This document shows, piece after piece, positions 25,426 through 37,740 of a stretch of 64,000 nucleotides of DNA. The stretch spans positions 54,500,001-54,564,000 of the forward strand of contig NC_087437.1 in NCBI RefSeq assembly GCF_036321535.1, read 5' to 3'. Each line of letters begins with the position of its first letter. Position 1 is the stretch's first letter. Origin of the DNA: Camelus dromedarius. Taxonomy: Eukaryota. The notes under the pieces are model-generated. The model ran no database searches and had not been told where the DNA came from. It saw only the letters and a list, made by a program, of their open reading frames with translations. A program made the position numbers and the translations under genes.

Positions 25426-27974
25426 GTCTCGTTGCTGAAAATGCAGAGCTACCTGGCAAGGAGGAACATCTCAGACCTCGGAGGTTACCAGAATCAGAGC
25501 TGGAAGGGACTGTGAAGTGCTCAGAGGCTGCAGGCTTTCAAGCTGTGCTCCTCTGAGCCTGGGAGACTCTGAGAGGGGCTTTGGGGTTGGAGTGTGGGGT
25601 GGGGAGGTGACGAGGGGGCAGAATAGTAGGAGGGAAGAGGGCTCTGGAGCCCAGGCTTAGCAGCTCGGCTTTTATCTTTGTTACAAGCTAAGCACCTGCA
25701 AAGCATTTTGCTTAAAGGAAAAGCTTCACTGCCGGGGGGGCGAAAGTTTGAAAACCACTGTGCTAGCCCAGTTTATCCTCGCACTAAGGCTGAAGGCAAA
25801 GTGGCTTCTTAGCACAAGTCACAGTTGTGAGGGTTCAGGCGCGCTTTCTCTTTTTCAAGGAAATGTGTGTTCTGTCCACTTCCCTCTGAGGGGAAGCACC
25901 TCGGGAACACCGCAGCAGGTTCAAGGTCATGCAGCGCCTGAATGGCTCTGACTGCTATCTTTTAACTTGGCTACATCTCCCCTTTGGGCCTTGGGACCCT
26001 TGTTGAGATCACTTCCATTTCCATGCAGAAGGGAGTAGAAATTACAGCCAGTACTGTGTTATTTTCCTGGCCGAACCTTCAAAGACATTGTCTAACTGAG
26101 TAACGTGCAAGTATTGATTGTCCACTGTGTGCACAGCGCTGAGAACACAGGCAAGTTTCCTGATTCCACAGGCTTCGTGGGGAGATGGAAGCAAATAAGG
26201 AATTTTGTCAACTATTTTTGGTGATCGTTACGTTTGTTATACAGGATTATTATGTATGATAGTGAGGATGAGTCTATCTCCTAGAAATGGGTTGAGGAGG
26301 GCCTGGACAATAGCAAAGAGGGTTAGAAATTAGAGAGCTCAGTCTAGAGTTGCAAGGGGTTGCATCTGCACTGTGAGTTAGTTAAGCCTGGCCTTTTGCA
26401 CTTCCTATGTCTAAGACTGGCACAGTTTACTTTTTCTTTAAGCCTTCATTTCCTCCTCTGTGTTAGGGAGCCAGGCTGCCCAGTCCACAGGGTTGCTGGT
26501 GGGATTAAACGTAACGGTGTCTGCAGCCTACTGAGCACAGTACTCAGGATAGATTAAAGACATTGTAGTTGCTATTGTTGTTATCTAGCCATGAGGAGCC
26601 AAAGAGATTAATTTTTAAGTCCGACCAATGGTGTGATCAGAGATGGCTTCTCAAAAAAAAAAAAACCACTCTGCTTCTAGAAATGGAATCCAGTTACCCC
26701 AGCCTACAACAGTCATTTGGCTTCAGTTTACCTTGCTGGCTTCCTGTGCTTGTCTCTACCCACCTGCCCACCTCTCCTGCCAGTGGCCCGCATATCCTCT
26801 AAGCTTGTTGTTCACGGGACATAGTTCCTTATTGCCTGGGCTCAAATCTTTCCTTTGCCTGGAATGTCCTTTATTCCTTTGCCTCCCCTTTTCCCTGTCC
26901 TGTCCTACCCTCTTTTAATAGCTGGCCCAGAAGTCCGTCCCTCCCATGGAGGGGAACCCTACTGAAGTCTCTTGTCCTGGGTTACGGTCAGCCTTTGTCT
27001 TCCACGTTTGTGAGCTCCTTGAAGTTGTGTGCATCTCACAGCCCTTTGCCGTAGCATCCCTGAGGATGCAGGCACTCACTTATGGCTGGAATTGCACATC
27101 TAGGCGACACACTGATTTAGTGCCTTTCTCCAACGTTAAGCACAGGGAAACATGAAAAAATGCAAACCGGAAAACAGTCCTCACTGAGCTGTGCACTCAT
27201 CAGCCTTGGGGTTGGATTTCTGGGGAAGGCCTGGCCCCTCCTAAATGACCTTAATGTCTTGGGTCTTTGCAGATGTTGAAGAGAATCCTGATGCATAGCG
27301 TGTCGGGAGAGCCCTGAGGGAAGCCGGACCTGGGCTCTCAGAGCTTCCTGGGTGCCCTCTGTCCTCCTGGTGCCCTGCCGCGGGACCTCCAGCATGTACA
27401 TGTGCTTCCCTGCTGCTTGGGCTCCCTGAACTCCAGGCGGAGCCTCTGTGAGCCAGGCTGACTTTAATGGGTTGGAGATTTCTTTTGGAATCTGCAACTT
27501 GAAATATCCTGTGCCCTTGATTAATTCATGCTCGGGAGCTTTCTTCGTGCTCTCTGGTAAATAGCTCTGGACGGTAGGTTTATTTCCCCACGGGCTTGTT
27601 GCAGAGAGACTGGAGCCTGTGTTTCTAACAACTTCTCCAAGGAAAACACGGCAGGTCACGTTTCCGGAACCGAGACTCTCAGGGGGTCTTCCCAACGCCC
27701 ATCTCTGTTACCTCCTTTTGGCCCGGCATTTGAAAAAGGAGAGTTTGTCTTGAGTGGTCCTTTAGACATTTGTGACTTGGCGGCTGAAAATCTGACAGTT
27801 GCTGCTGAGTTTCAGCTGCACGAGTGAAGAGCATATAGACAAAACCCTTAGAACATTGAATCATTTTCCTTCAATTCCCAGAGCCTTAATGTTTCTTTGT
27901 CTTGAGAATGACCTCACTGCTTTGTGTATTTGTAATGGGATGCACGGTCATTGACAAGTAATCACACAATAATC

Positions 27975-28370
27975 CCCTACGCTTTTGTAACGCCTCCTGG
28001 TTTTCCAGACGGCTTTCACTGGAATTATCTCATTTGATCCTCATAACTGCTCTGAGAGGTAGGCAGAGGGGCTACTTTAATCTCTAATTTTCAGGTGTAG
28101 AAACTGAGGTTTAGAAAAGTTCAAACAGTTGGCCAGGGTTCATACATTTCGTCTGTGGCAGAATTGGAAGTGGAATCTTAAATAGTTAAACTCTTAAATC
28201 AATGTTCTTTTTACTACTTATTGTCAGCGTGACTTTGGAAATACAGTTAACCTCTCTGAGCCTCAGTTTTCCTATCATTTCATTGGGTCTAAACCTCTAG
28301 TGGGGAGATGTCTGTAGAGATTAGATGAGACTGTCTGGGAAAGCATTTATTTGCTAAACAGTGAAGGATG
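27975..28370. mobile_element. adjacent oppositely oriented MIR pair
   Basis: Minus copy: ATTATCTCATTTGATCCTCATAAC..GAAACTGAGGTTTAGA. Plus copy: GTGACTTTGG..GTTAACCTCTCTGAGCCTCAGTTTTCC..GAGATTAGATGAGA. Confidence 0.75.
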
Positions 28371-28739
28371 CTGCTCATCTGAGACATCATTACTGCATGC
28401 ACCTTAAATCCAAATAGTGCCATATCAGAACTGTGGCAGGAAAGAACACTTCCTGCTCCCCCTCCCCTTTTGCAAGGACACTGAGGTCCAGAATGGTTGT
28501 CAGGGATCCCGAGCTCCCCGCCCTGTGATCAGCAAGTTGTCCCTGCTGCCCTGCCTGCAGGCCACTTTGATGTTCTGAGAGCACTTTTGTTGGCAGGGTC
28601 CTCTTTTCCTACAGAGCTCTCTCTTAATGCTCCTTGGAACAGCCTTGTATCCTGGAGACAGTTTCAGGTCCGGCGGGGCTGGGGAGCAGGAGAGCGGAAC
28701 TGGGAGTGGGGTCTGCATTCCTGAGCTTCGTTCACAAAG

Positions 28740-29290
28740 GGTGGGAATGTGGTGTGAGTGATGGGGTTGAGGTGGATGAAGAACTGATCTCGAAGGTCCG
28801 TGTTCTCTCTTTTCTCAATGACCGGGATTTAATAGAGTATGTCTTGTGAACGCACAAGGCCAGCCGTACATGTGCAGAATGGGTGGTGTAGCACGAACAC
28901 TTACTGGAAAAACCCAAAAAGGGTGGATCTCAAGTTGGCAACAGATACGTTAGGAGTTAGTGGTGTGATGTGATCAGGAAGCAGCCTGAGTGACCGAGGG
29001 ATAAGATCTTGGATAACTTCATTCCTATATCCGAAATTCACTGACAAAAATTCCAAACCCGTGAGATAGACATAAGCTGTTTGCATGGTTCGAAGAGGCG
29101 GAACAAGGAGCCAGAGGTTGAAGGCCCAGGAGCCATATTTCTTTCCATATAAGGAAGAACTTTCTGTTGGAAAGACGGAATTTACAGCTGCAGGAGATAA
29201 TGATCTCCACCTCATGGAGACCTCGGGGATGCCATGGGGATTCATAAGTAGGAGGGACATTGGGTTCAGCGACCTTTATGGCTCTTGAGG
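28740..29290 (+). mobile_element. L3/CR1 LINE fragments
   Basis: ..AGTTAGTGGTGTGATGTG.. and ATAAGGAAGAACTTTCT..GGGATGCCATGGGGATTC..GACCTTTATGGCTC resemble L3 ORF2 and 3' segments. Confidence 0.5.
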
Positions 29291-32200
29291 TCCCAGAGCC
29301 AGGGGTGCTTAGTGGTCAAGAGGAAGAAATTCACATATGCGTTGAGGGCTGAAGGGCCCTTTTATGGATGTGGAGACTGATCTTCACATGCTGTTAGCAA
29401 AGCGCAGGGTGGCTGTAGACCTTCCTTTCTGGTTTATATGCCTCTCCCTGCAGCTCCCTCCTTGGACCTTGGTTGTTTCAGAGTTCCCAGGCCATCCCTG
29501 GGCTGCTATGTCCCATGGCATAGCTCTTTCCTCTACTGAAATGCTCCTGTTAGAATACCGAAAGGGACTCTGAGCTCCTGAAGAAAGGACAGTCTTTCTA
29601 CAGAACCGCCAAGTCTGATGGCTGGTCTCGTCTCAGTTACAAATGAGGACTATCTCGGTCGGGGTTTCGAACGTGGCAGAGCAGCTCCCTCGCTGCAGTC
29701 TGTTAAAAGTTAGCCCTCAACACAAGGGTTTGTTTATAATGAAAATTAAAACAAACAAACAAACAAAAAAAAAAAACCAATGAGGACCATCTCTTTACTG
29801 TCTTCAAGCCTGCGGCTGGGGCCTCCTGGGAGTACTGCAGTGGCAAGAATTCTGTGCTGAGTTCCGATTATGGCACGTGGTGGAAGGTTTTCTGATCCTG
29901 TTTCCTTACGTCATTGAATAGTCACTTATATTTGTGTTCATTTGTTAAGCATGCAATAAATAAGAAATTCTTGCTATTTTTTCATGTACTGGTGGCACAC
30001 TTGCAAAAATAGAAAAGAAGTGATCAAAATTACTGGCAGGACTATTTCGACAGCCTGGGTAGAAGCTGCTTTTAGAGCCCATAGTTGGACAATTTTGGGA
30101 TATCTACCCAGTTTGTAGATGAGAGAAAATAAGTTGCAAGAGGAGAACTGATTTATCCAAAGTGTTATGGAGTGACTGATCTGGACTTAAGGCTAGGAAA
30201 CCCTGGCTCCCTGACCAGTGCTTTTTGTTTGTTGGAAATCCTCTGGGGATAAGAACAAGCAGCCTTATGTTGGGGGCCCAAAAGCCAGCTAGTGGGTGAT
30301 GATTCTGGAAAATGGCTCATCTGACCCACAGAAAGCCTTTGCGGACAATAGGAGAACAAGATCGTGCTAAGAAACAGAACCACTGGGATGCCAAGACGTG
30401 GATTCCCTCTCTGAACAGACCCCTTCCTCCCCACATTCTCATTTCCCCCAGCATCTCACCTCTTTCTCCTTTCTCCTCTTCTAATTAAGTCTGGAGTCAT
30501 TTTAGACCAAATTCATCCCTGATTGACTTCACTGGTTCAATTCAGTTATCAAACGCTTTTCTGGACCTTCAGATTGGCATTCATCTCACAAACCGAAGGG
30601 AATAATCTTATACATTTAATCAGGCATCTCACCCTTGTGTCCCTTCACTCCCCTGCGGTGTTCTCTGGAAGTCTGGTTTTGTCCTGGGTCTTCCTGCCTG
30701 GGGTCTATCCTATAAAGAACTCACAGGACATTAAGTTCCCAAGAGAACTTATAGCCCAAGGGGGTCAGGGGCTGGGGCCCGAGGGATGTTTCAGGGCCCA
30801 TCTGCCGCTAAAGAACTGGGAGCTGGATTCTTCAGGTGCATCTTCCGAATCCCTCCCCCTCCCTCGAGTTAGTAAATTGACCTCAGAAATGTAGCTTCAT
30901 TCTAGATGGCCCCGTTCCTGGTGAACTTAAAGCCTCTCAAACCAGGGACTTCCTTGTCTGGGCAGGGGAGCCCTCCCCCTGTAACAGGAGAGCCTGTGAA
31001 ATAGTTGAGACCCTGCTTCTTTGGGGGTTAATCATTTGCTCCGAGTAAGGAATTCTGTCTTCTGTGGGGCATGCTCTTCAAGTGCCAGAGGAGAGAAGGG
31101 TGATTTTTCTGACTTCCTCCAGCCTGCTTCTCCATATATGGAAATGTTTACCCACCACACTGATCTATTGGAAGGGAAGGAGGTGACTCAGGGTTTAGGA
31201 GAAGCAGGATTTGAATTCTTGTTTCCAGAAACAAAGTCGCCCCCTCCCCCCGCCCCTCCCCCTCCATTCCTTTGCCCCTTGCTCTGGGAGCCGAGGACAG
31301 AATGTCTCAGTGCTGTTCCCCTCAGGCCTGGGGACCACCTCCTTGCCGTGGGACTCAGGGTGTGTGAGAGCAAGTGAGGGCCAGCGGAGGGCCGGCTGCC
31401 TGTGGGGCCTGACGGCGCGTGAGTATCATTATTGCCAGAGCGAGTGGCATTTCTGTCTGCGGACGGGGGGCTCAGAGTCCCGAGGGCTGGGTGGCTTGCT
31501 TGGGGACGGGACATGTGGCTGGGAGCGCAGGCTCCTTTCCTTTGGGTGTGGACAGCTGCTTTCCCAGGGGAATACTTCTCACCGTGGGGTTTAGAGACGG
31601 GCTTAGCCTGAGGAAAAATTCTGTTTGTATGTAAAAATATTAGACAGTTATTTCCTCCCACCTGAGGCCTGGCTTGAGTTGGGGAGGAAGGTATTGGTGA
31701 CTTGCTGCCTGTCTGATCGCCAGGGACAGAGCAACATTGTTAGGCAGAAGGGATGTTTGTGGACATTTGGGGAGAGACAGTTTTATCTTGAAAAACAGAG
31801 TTATGGTCGGACTTAAGAGTATACAAAATGTTGCTGTATAATATTTGCACAGCATCCACAGTCTGCAGTGAATGCCTGGTGTGCGGCACGTTGCGTAGGT
31901 GTGATGGACTGGTGAAGGGGTCTTAGATGCAGTTGATCTGTCTCATTTTACAGTGTGGTTGTGGGCGGGGAGGGGGACCCAGGAGCGCAGCTCACCAGGC
32001 TAATTAGGTGGGGTTACAACCTAGGTCTTTTTCACAGTCGGGTCATTCCTCCTTCCACTACACCGAAGCTGCCCCTTTAGGCAAAGGCTGAGAAGAAGCC
32101 CATTTGGCAGATGAAGCTGGGACTCAGAGATGTCAGAGCTGTCCACACTTACTGATCTAATTGGTGAGAAATTGAGAACTAGAACCAACTTCTCCCAGGT

Positions 32201-32589
32201 CAGACTTCTTTGTATCATGTTACATGGACTCAGATCCCTGAAAAAATTTTTTTTTTTTTAATTTTACTTTCTTTCCCTTCTCTGGTTGCTACTTACCTTT
32301 CTCTGCTTTGGGTCATGTGAATGTTGTTTGAGTGTGAGCTGCTATCTTCCAACCTGCTTTGCTGCCTGCATCTCTTTCTTTCCTGAAAGGGGGCGATAGC
32401 TTGTCCAAAAGGGTGAGCTGACTAGCAGAGCCTTAATTTCAGTTTCTCCCATGGGAGAATGACGCACAGGTCATGAAAGACACTGAGCAAGGCTTTCCTT
32501 CTAAGCCTCTCCCGCTGTTTCCGAAGCTGCAAGATTTCTGGAGTGTAATTCCTATTTAGAGGTGAGCCCTGATTCTGAATAGATTTTAG

Positions 32590-32631
32590 ACACACACACA
32601 CACACACACGCGCGCGCGCGCACACACACAC
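32590..32631. repeat. compound microsatellite (CA)9(CG)6(CA)5
   Basis: Read directly; 42 bp of uninterrupted purine-pyrimidine alternation. Confidence 0.97.
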
Positions 32632-33264
32632 TTCTTTAGCCTTCTTTGATGTGACAGCAGCATTCCTCAGAGACCAAGAGGGCACCAACCTATCTCAGTT
32701 CCCCAAATGTTACATGGCTGTCACCAGTAACTCTGTAGTTAGACCAGTTTCCCATCAGCTTGGGGGCCCCTTTCTCCAAGGCAGGGAAGACTCTGGAGAC
32801 GTGTTTTGGGGAAGTGCTTTGATGCTCCCGGTGTTAGGTGGCAGATCATAATAGAGAGAGACTGTGCTCTGAGACCCAAGTTTGTGTGGTCCGCGGGAGG
32901 GGAGGGGTGGGGAGGCCGCTCTCAAGCTGCTCTGAAGCGCTGGGAAGGCAGGGACTTGCCCAGGAGTCTGCAAGAAACCTGTCTCCTCCTTCCCACCTGC
33001 GTCAGGGCTGTGATTGTAGACGCTGTTCCCCAGGTGGGCAGTAGGTGGGAAGAGGCTACCTTGAAGGGTGAAGGCTTGCGATGTTTCCCCGCTGCGGTGC
33101 TGACGACAGGGGCACCTAAGGGGCTAGGGTCGGCAGTGCCAATGTGAACGCTGTTACTGTGAACAAGGGGAGCTGACGTGCACGGACTCCTCTCTGGGTG
33201 CCAAGCGCCGGGCTAAGCCCTTGACCTACCTTCATCTACCACCACAGCTACCTGTGTGTCGGTA

Positions 33265-33700
33265 CTTTTTAAAAAATTTTATTTTTGATTTTGGTACATT
33301 GCATGTAACATTTACCACCTTAACCATTTTTAAGGGTACAGCTCAGTAGAGTTAACTGTAGTTACATGTCATACAACCAGTCTCCAGAAGTCTTTTCATC
33401 TTGCAAAACTGTAACTCTGTCCCCATTTAAACAGTAACTCCTCATTCTCCCCTCCCCCGGCCCCTGACAACCAGCATTCTACCTTCAGTCTCTATGAATT
33501 TGACTACTTGCGGTATCTTACAGAAGTGGAGTCATACAGCATAGGTCCTTTTGTGGCCGGCTTATTTCACTCAGCATAATGCCCTCAAGGTTCATCCATG
33601 AGGGCAGATGTCAGAACTTCCTTCCTTTTTATGCTGGAATAATAATACATTGTATATATACATACATTATATAGATCACATTTTTTGTGTATCCGTTTAG
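33265..33700 (-). mobile_element. L1MB-like LINE-1 3' end inserted into a MIR
   Basis: ATTTACCACCTTAACCATTTTTAAG..TTTTCATCTTGCAAAACTGTAACTCT..CTATGAATTTGACTAC..GGCTTATTTCACTCAGCATAATG. MIR halves lie at ~33170-33264 and ~33701-33835. Confidence 0.85.
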
Positions 33701-34229
33701 GAACTACCTTTTACCTCCATTTTGTAGTGGAAGAACCTGAGGCTTTGTGGGGTTAAGTAAGTTGCCCAGCGCCTCACAGTCAGTAGTGGAGCTGGGGTTT
33801 GAACCCAGGTAGTGTGACTTCAGAGTGCACGTGATCAGGATTCAGCTGGCAAGAGTGAAAAACCAGGGTGGTTCTCATGGATGGTGACACCTCCTCGCAC
33901 ATTACTGGGGCATTTCGGTAGCCAGGTGTTTCAAAGGACTGTACGTACTCAGGTATTTTCCTCTGGTTTATACAGGCGCCTGGGAAGCTCAGAGCCAAAT
34001 GTGAAGCCCAAATGGAATGAGAGGTGTGGCTCTTATTTCTTGTAACCCTTATCCCTTTCCTTCACCTTATTTTTCCATCCTCCTTCCTGGTGAGCAGAGA
34101 CTGAAGATGGGATTTTGTAACCTGGCTCTGCTGCAGACTCAGTGTCTACCTTGGGTGATGATGCATGGTCCTTTCTGAACCTCAGTTTTCCCAGCTGGAA
34201 GATGGGGTTGTAGTTGATGACAGTGAACG

Positions 34230-34445
34230 TGTCGCCTGCCGAGCCTGGCTCGAGGCGCTCCGCATGGTTTATCTCCTCCAGTTCTCCCAGCATTCCCACA
34301 AGGCAGTGCGCTTGTCCCCTCTTTACCTGAGAAAAGTAAGACCTCGGAAACTTGCCTGAACTCCTACAGCTCCTGCGTGCACGCATCAGTGCTCCACGGC
34401 GGACTCCAAAGCCCGGGCTGTTAGCCGCGGTGCTGGGCTGCTTGC
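34230..34445 (-). mobile_element. MIR SINE, CpG-rich and GC-shifted
   Basis: GAGGCGCTCCGCATGGTTTATCTCC..CCCACAAGGCAG..AACTTGCCTGAAC..GGACTCCAAAGCCCGGGCTGTTAGCCGC is colinear with antisense MIR. Confidence 0.55.
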
Positions 34446-34499
34446 CTTCAAGCAACCGTGAAGGTTTCTGTCATCTGTGGCGCGCATTCCTCTAGTTTT

Positions 34500-35110
34500 A
34501 CTAAATCTTTATTGGATTCCCACTTAACGTGCCTCGTACTGTTATGGGCGCCGATCCAGTCCTGGGTTTAGAGTGAAGAAAAAGACTCACAGAACAGTGA
34601 TCCCTTGGAACTTACAATCTAGTAGGTATGTGTGGAGGAGGCAGTTCATACACGAGCAAGTAAACAGCAGAGAACGGTAGGTGACACTCAGGAGGGTTCA
34701 CAGAGGGTGCTCGGCCTGTGAGGGAGTGGAGGCAGGGCCCCAGAGGTTATGTTGAAGCTGTGCTCTGAATGACAGTTGCGTGGAGGAGGGCATTGCAGGC
34801 AGAGGGCATGCCCGTTGCCAGGGTGGGGAGTAGGAAAGGGTTTGTTTGAGGAACAGAGGAGCCCAGTGTGCTGGGGGGTAGTGGGCTGCAGGGAGAAGTG
34901 TGAGATGAAGGCGAGGCAGGGCAGGTGGGTGTCAGTGAGCTGGGGAAGGGGCTTGGACCCTAGTTGAGGGGTCATGGGAAGTGTCTGAGTAATGTTTACC
35001 AGTATCGCTCCGACCACTGTGGGGGACCCGGATTGCAAGGAGGGGCAAGAGTAGAAGCAGGAAGGAGAGGAGACGCAATAATCCAGGTGAGAGTTGGAGG
35101 TGACAGCAAT
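34500..35110 (-). mobile_element. L2 fragment
   Basis: CCCTTGGAACTTACAATCTAGT..TTTGAGGAACAGAGGAGCCCAGTGTGCTGG..GCAATAATCCAGGTGAGAG. Confidence 0.7.
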
Positions 35111-36174
35111 TAGGGCGGCAAGGTGCAGCCGGAGAAAGCGGGTGGGTTCATGTGGTGCTTTGGCGGGGATTGTCTACAGGATGTCAAGCCCAGTTTCCTC
35201 CAGAGAAATGTCAAACTCGAGTGGGCAGAAATCCCAGAGACCCTGACCCAGGTGAAAACACGTGCAGTTGGGGGGTGCCCAGACTTGCCGCTGGTCCGGA
35301 CTGAGTCTGACTGCTCGCTCCCCACTTTGGTTTCTAACCTTGAGCTTCTGGCCAGGGAATGGAGGGCAGTGGCTTCCTGCCTCCGACTTCCTGGCTGGGA
35401 GCTGCTGGAACGCCCCAAAATAAGCCCCGCAGAACAAGCCGCTTCCTTTGCTCTCTCTGGGTATTTGGATAAAGCATTCTTTCCCACCAAGAATACGGAA
35501 CATTCGGAGTGATGTTGACTTTGTGGGCCATATTTAACATACTGTGTTTCCTTGATGTGTCCTCTGTTCTTGCAGAGACTCCTGCCTCCTGTAAACTCCG
35601 TGGTGAGGAGCCTCAACCACCCTATACACTGGAAGGCTCAGTGGGGGTCTGGAAGAGCTGGTGTTTCAAAGTTTGGTTTGGGGACCGTGGTCTCAGGGCC
35701 CCCTCAGGCCCTCCTCTTTCATTTACACTTGAATTTACACTTGCTGGCCCTTGCCTGCTCCCTCCAATTCCTTTTAATGGGCCTGGGCTTTCCTGTAAAT
35801 ACTCTGTTTTTTAGTGGAGAAACTGGACTCAGAAAGGTTAGGTGATTTAGTCAGTGTAAGATAGTGGCCAAGTCAGATTTGGAATCTTAGATTCCTGACC
35901 CAGCCTTGTGCTCTGGCCTTCAGGCCAAAGTGACCTAGCATGAGACCTCATGCCCTTAGGTGTCGGTCTTGTACTGTGGTCGACCTAAGCCTGGAGATGC
36001 TCAGAGATCATAAACTGTATCCTCTGAAATTCACTCTGGAGGCTTCTTCACAAATAGTTTGCAGTCTATAGTTACCAGTTTTTTTTTTTTTTTAAACTCT
36101 TTCACATCATCTCTTAAAAACAATGCTTTGTTTTTGCTCACTCGAATTTCTTTTAAAATTTCTCTCATATTACC

Positions 36175-36340
36175 CATTCATCTAGTCAACAAACATTTAT
36201 TGAGTTCTTACTGTATGCCAGGCATTGTGCTAGGTGCTGGAGATGGATTCAAAGATAATTTGGAGGCGTGTAGAAGGGGAGTGGATAATTACAGCACAGT
36301 GAGATAAGTGCTATAATAGAGGGATACATAAAGAGCTAGA
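36175..36340 (-). mobile_element. L2 3' terminus
   Basis: CAACAAACATTTATTGAGTTCTTACTGTATGCCAGGCATTGTGCTAGGTGCTGGAGAT. Confidence 0.85.
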
Positions 36341-37569
36341 AATAGCGCTCTGAATAGCATCTCCGAACAAATTGCCTTCTTTTTTCCTTTTGGATTATTC
36401 CCTTATGTATATTGCCCAAAGTGGGATTACTGGGTCATTTAAAAGATGAAAACAATTTGGCACAAAAAGATGTAATGACTTGCCTGGGGAATACAGCTCA
36501 GTTTTCAGCAAGGGGAAAAATTGTTGGCAATTCCAGATTTAGATACTTCTCCAAGAGGATTGGGTAATTTTTATACTATTCCTACCGATGTGGTGGCTTT
36601 CAAGGGGAGCACCTATTCTAAACATGTCACCCTGCATGTAGAAACACATATCCTTATATTTAATTTCACAGATTTAGTGTTAATGCTCACAATAACCTAG
36701 CTATGTTAGTATGATCATTTCCATTTTACAAATGAGGAAACCATGCCTTCGTTAAAAGGAAGTGACTGGCTCAGAATTTTATTTTATTTTACACCTCCCG
36801 TCCTGTTCTCAGTGCTCTGTTCATCAGCAGTGGTGGTGGTGCGGGTGGGGGTACTTATGCTCCAGCTAGGGCCTGGAATTCATTTAGTGATCTGTAGAAA
36901 CTCTCTTCAAGAAGATCAAGATCTACGAGACAGGTTTTGAAGTCCAAACCTCCACAGGGTACAGTGTCCCTCTTACACTGACCTTCAAGGACCTGAAGGC
37001 CCATTATTCCTGACCCTGGCCCAGGTCCTGAAAGGTTAATGTGTGGCTTTCGCACTGAAGCACAGAATCCCAAGTAAAGCTGAGACCATGTCACAGTCCT
37101 GCTTTGAAACATTTATTATTTTCCTGGTATATTCAGCTGTATGTTCCCTGACCATAGATTCAATTATTTTGTCATTCTTAACATTTTCCTAGTATTTGGG
37201 GCATTTAAGTAAAAACTCCTGCCCCTGGGACTGAGGACTCATCTTAACCAGACGGCAGTAACTGTCCAACGTGAGTGTCCTGGATGGTCCCACCCATTCA
37301 TTCTTAAATCAGCTGCCTGCCCTGCCAATCCCCAGACAGACCCTGCATTCTCTTTCATGCTGTAATTCACGCTGTTCCTTTTGCCTGAGATGACCTCCCC
37401 CATCTTCATCCATAGAACTCCTCCTCCTGTTAACTTTTGCAACGATGCCACCTTCTAAATGAAGTACCCTCTGATCACCATCCGCTCCTCACCATCCATG
37501 CTCCCCCACACCAGAAGTGCTCTCGGTGTTCTCTGTTCTAACTCACAACATAATATTCTGAGGGAAGGA

Positions 37570-37740
37570 AGTGTTAAGAGTAGGGTGCTTATAGGCTTGG
37601 GATCTGGATTTGAATCTTGGCTGTGATGCTCCCTAGCTGTGCAATCTGTTGGGTCCATTAACCTGATGAGTTTCCTCATCTGTCAAGTGGGTACGAAGAA
37701 TCACACCAATCCTCCGGGGCGTTATGAGAATGTGTATGGT
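37570..37740 (+). mobile_element. MIR SINE
   Basis: TGGATTTGAATCTTGGCT..CTAGCTGTGCAATC..AGTTTCCTCATCTGTCAAGTGGG. Confidence 0.7.
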
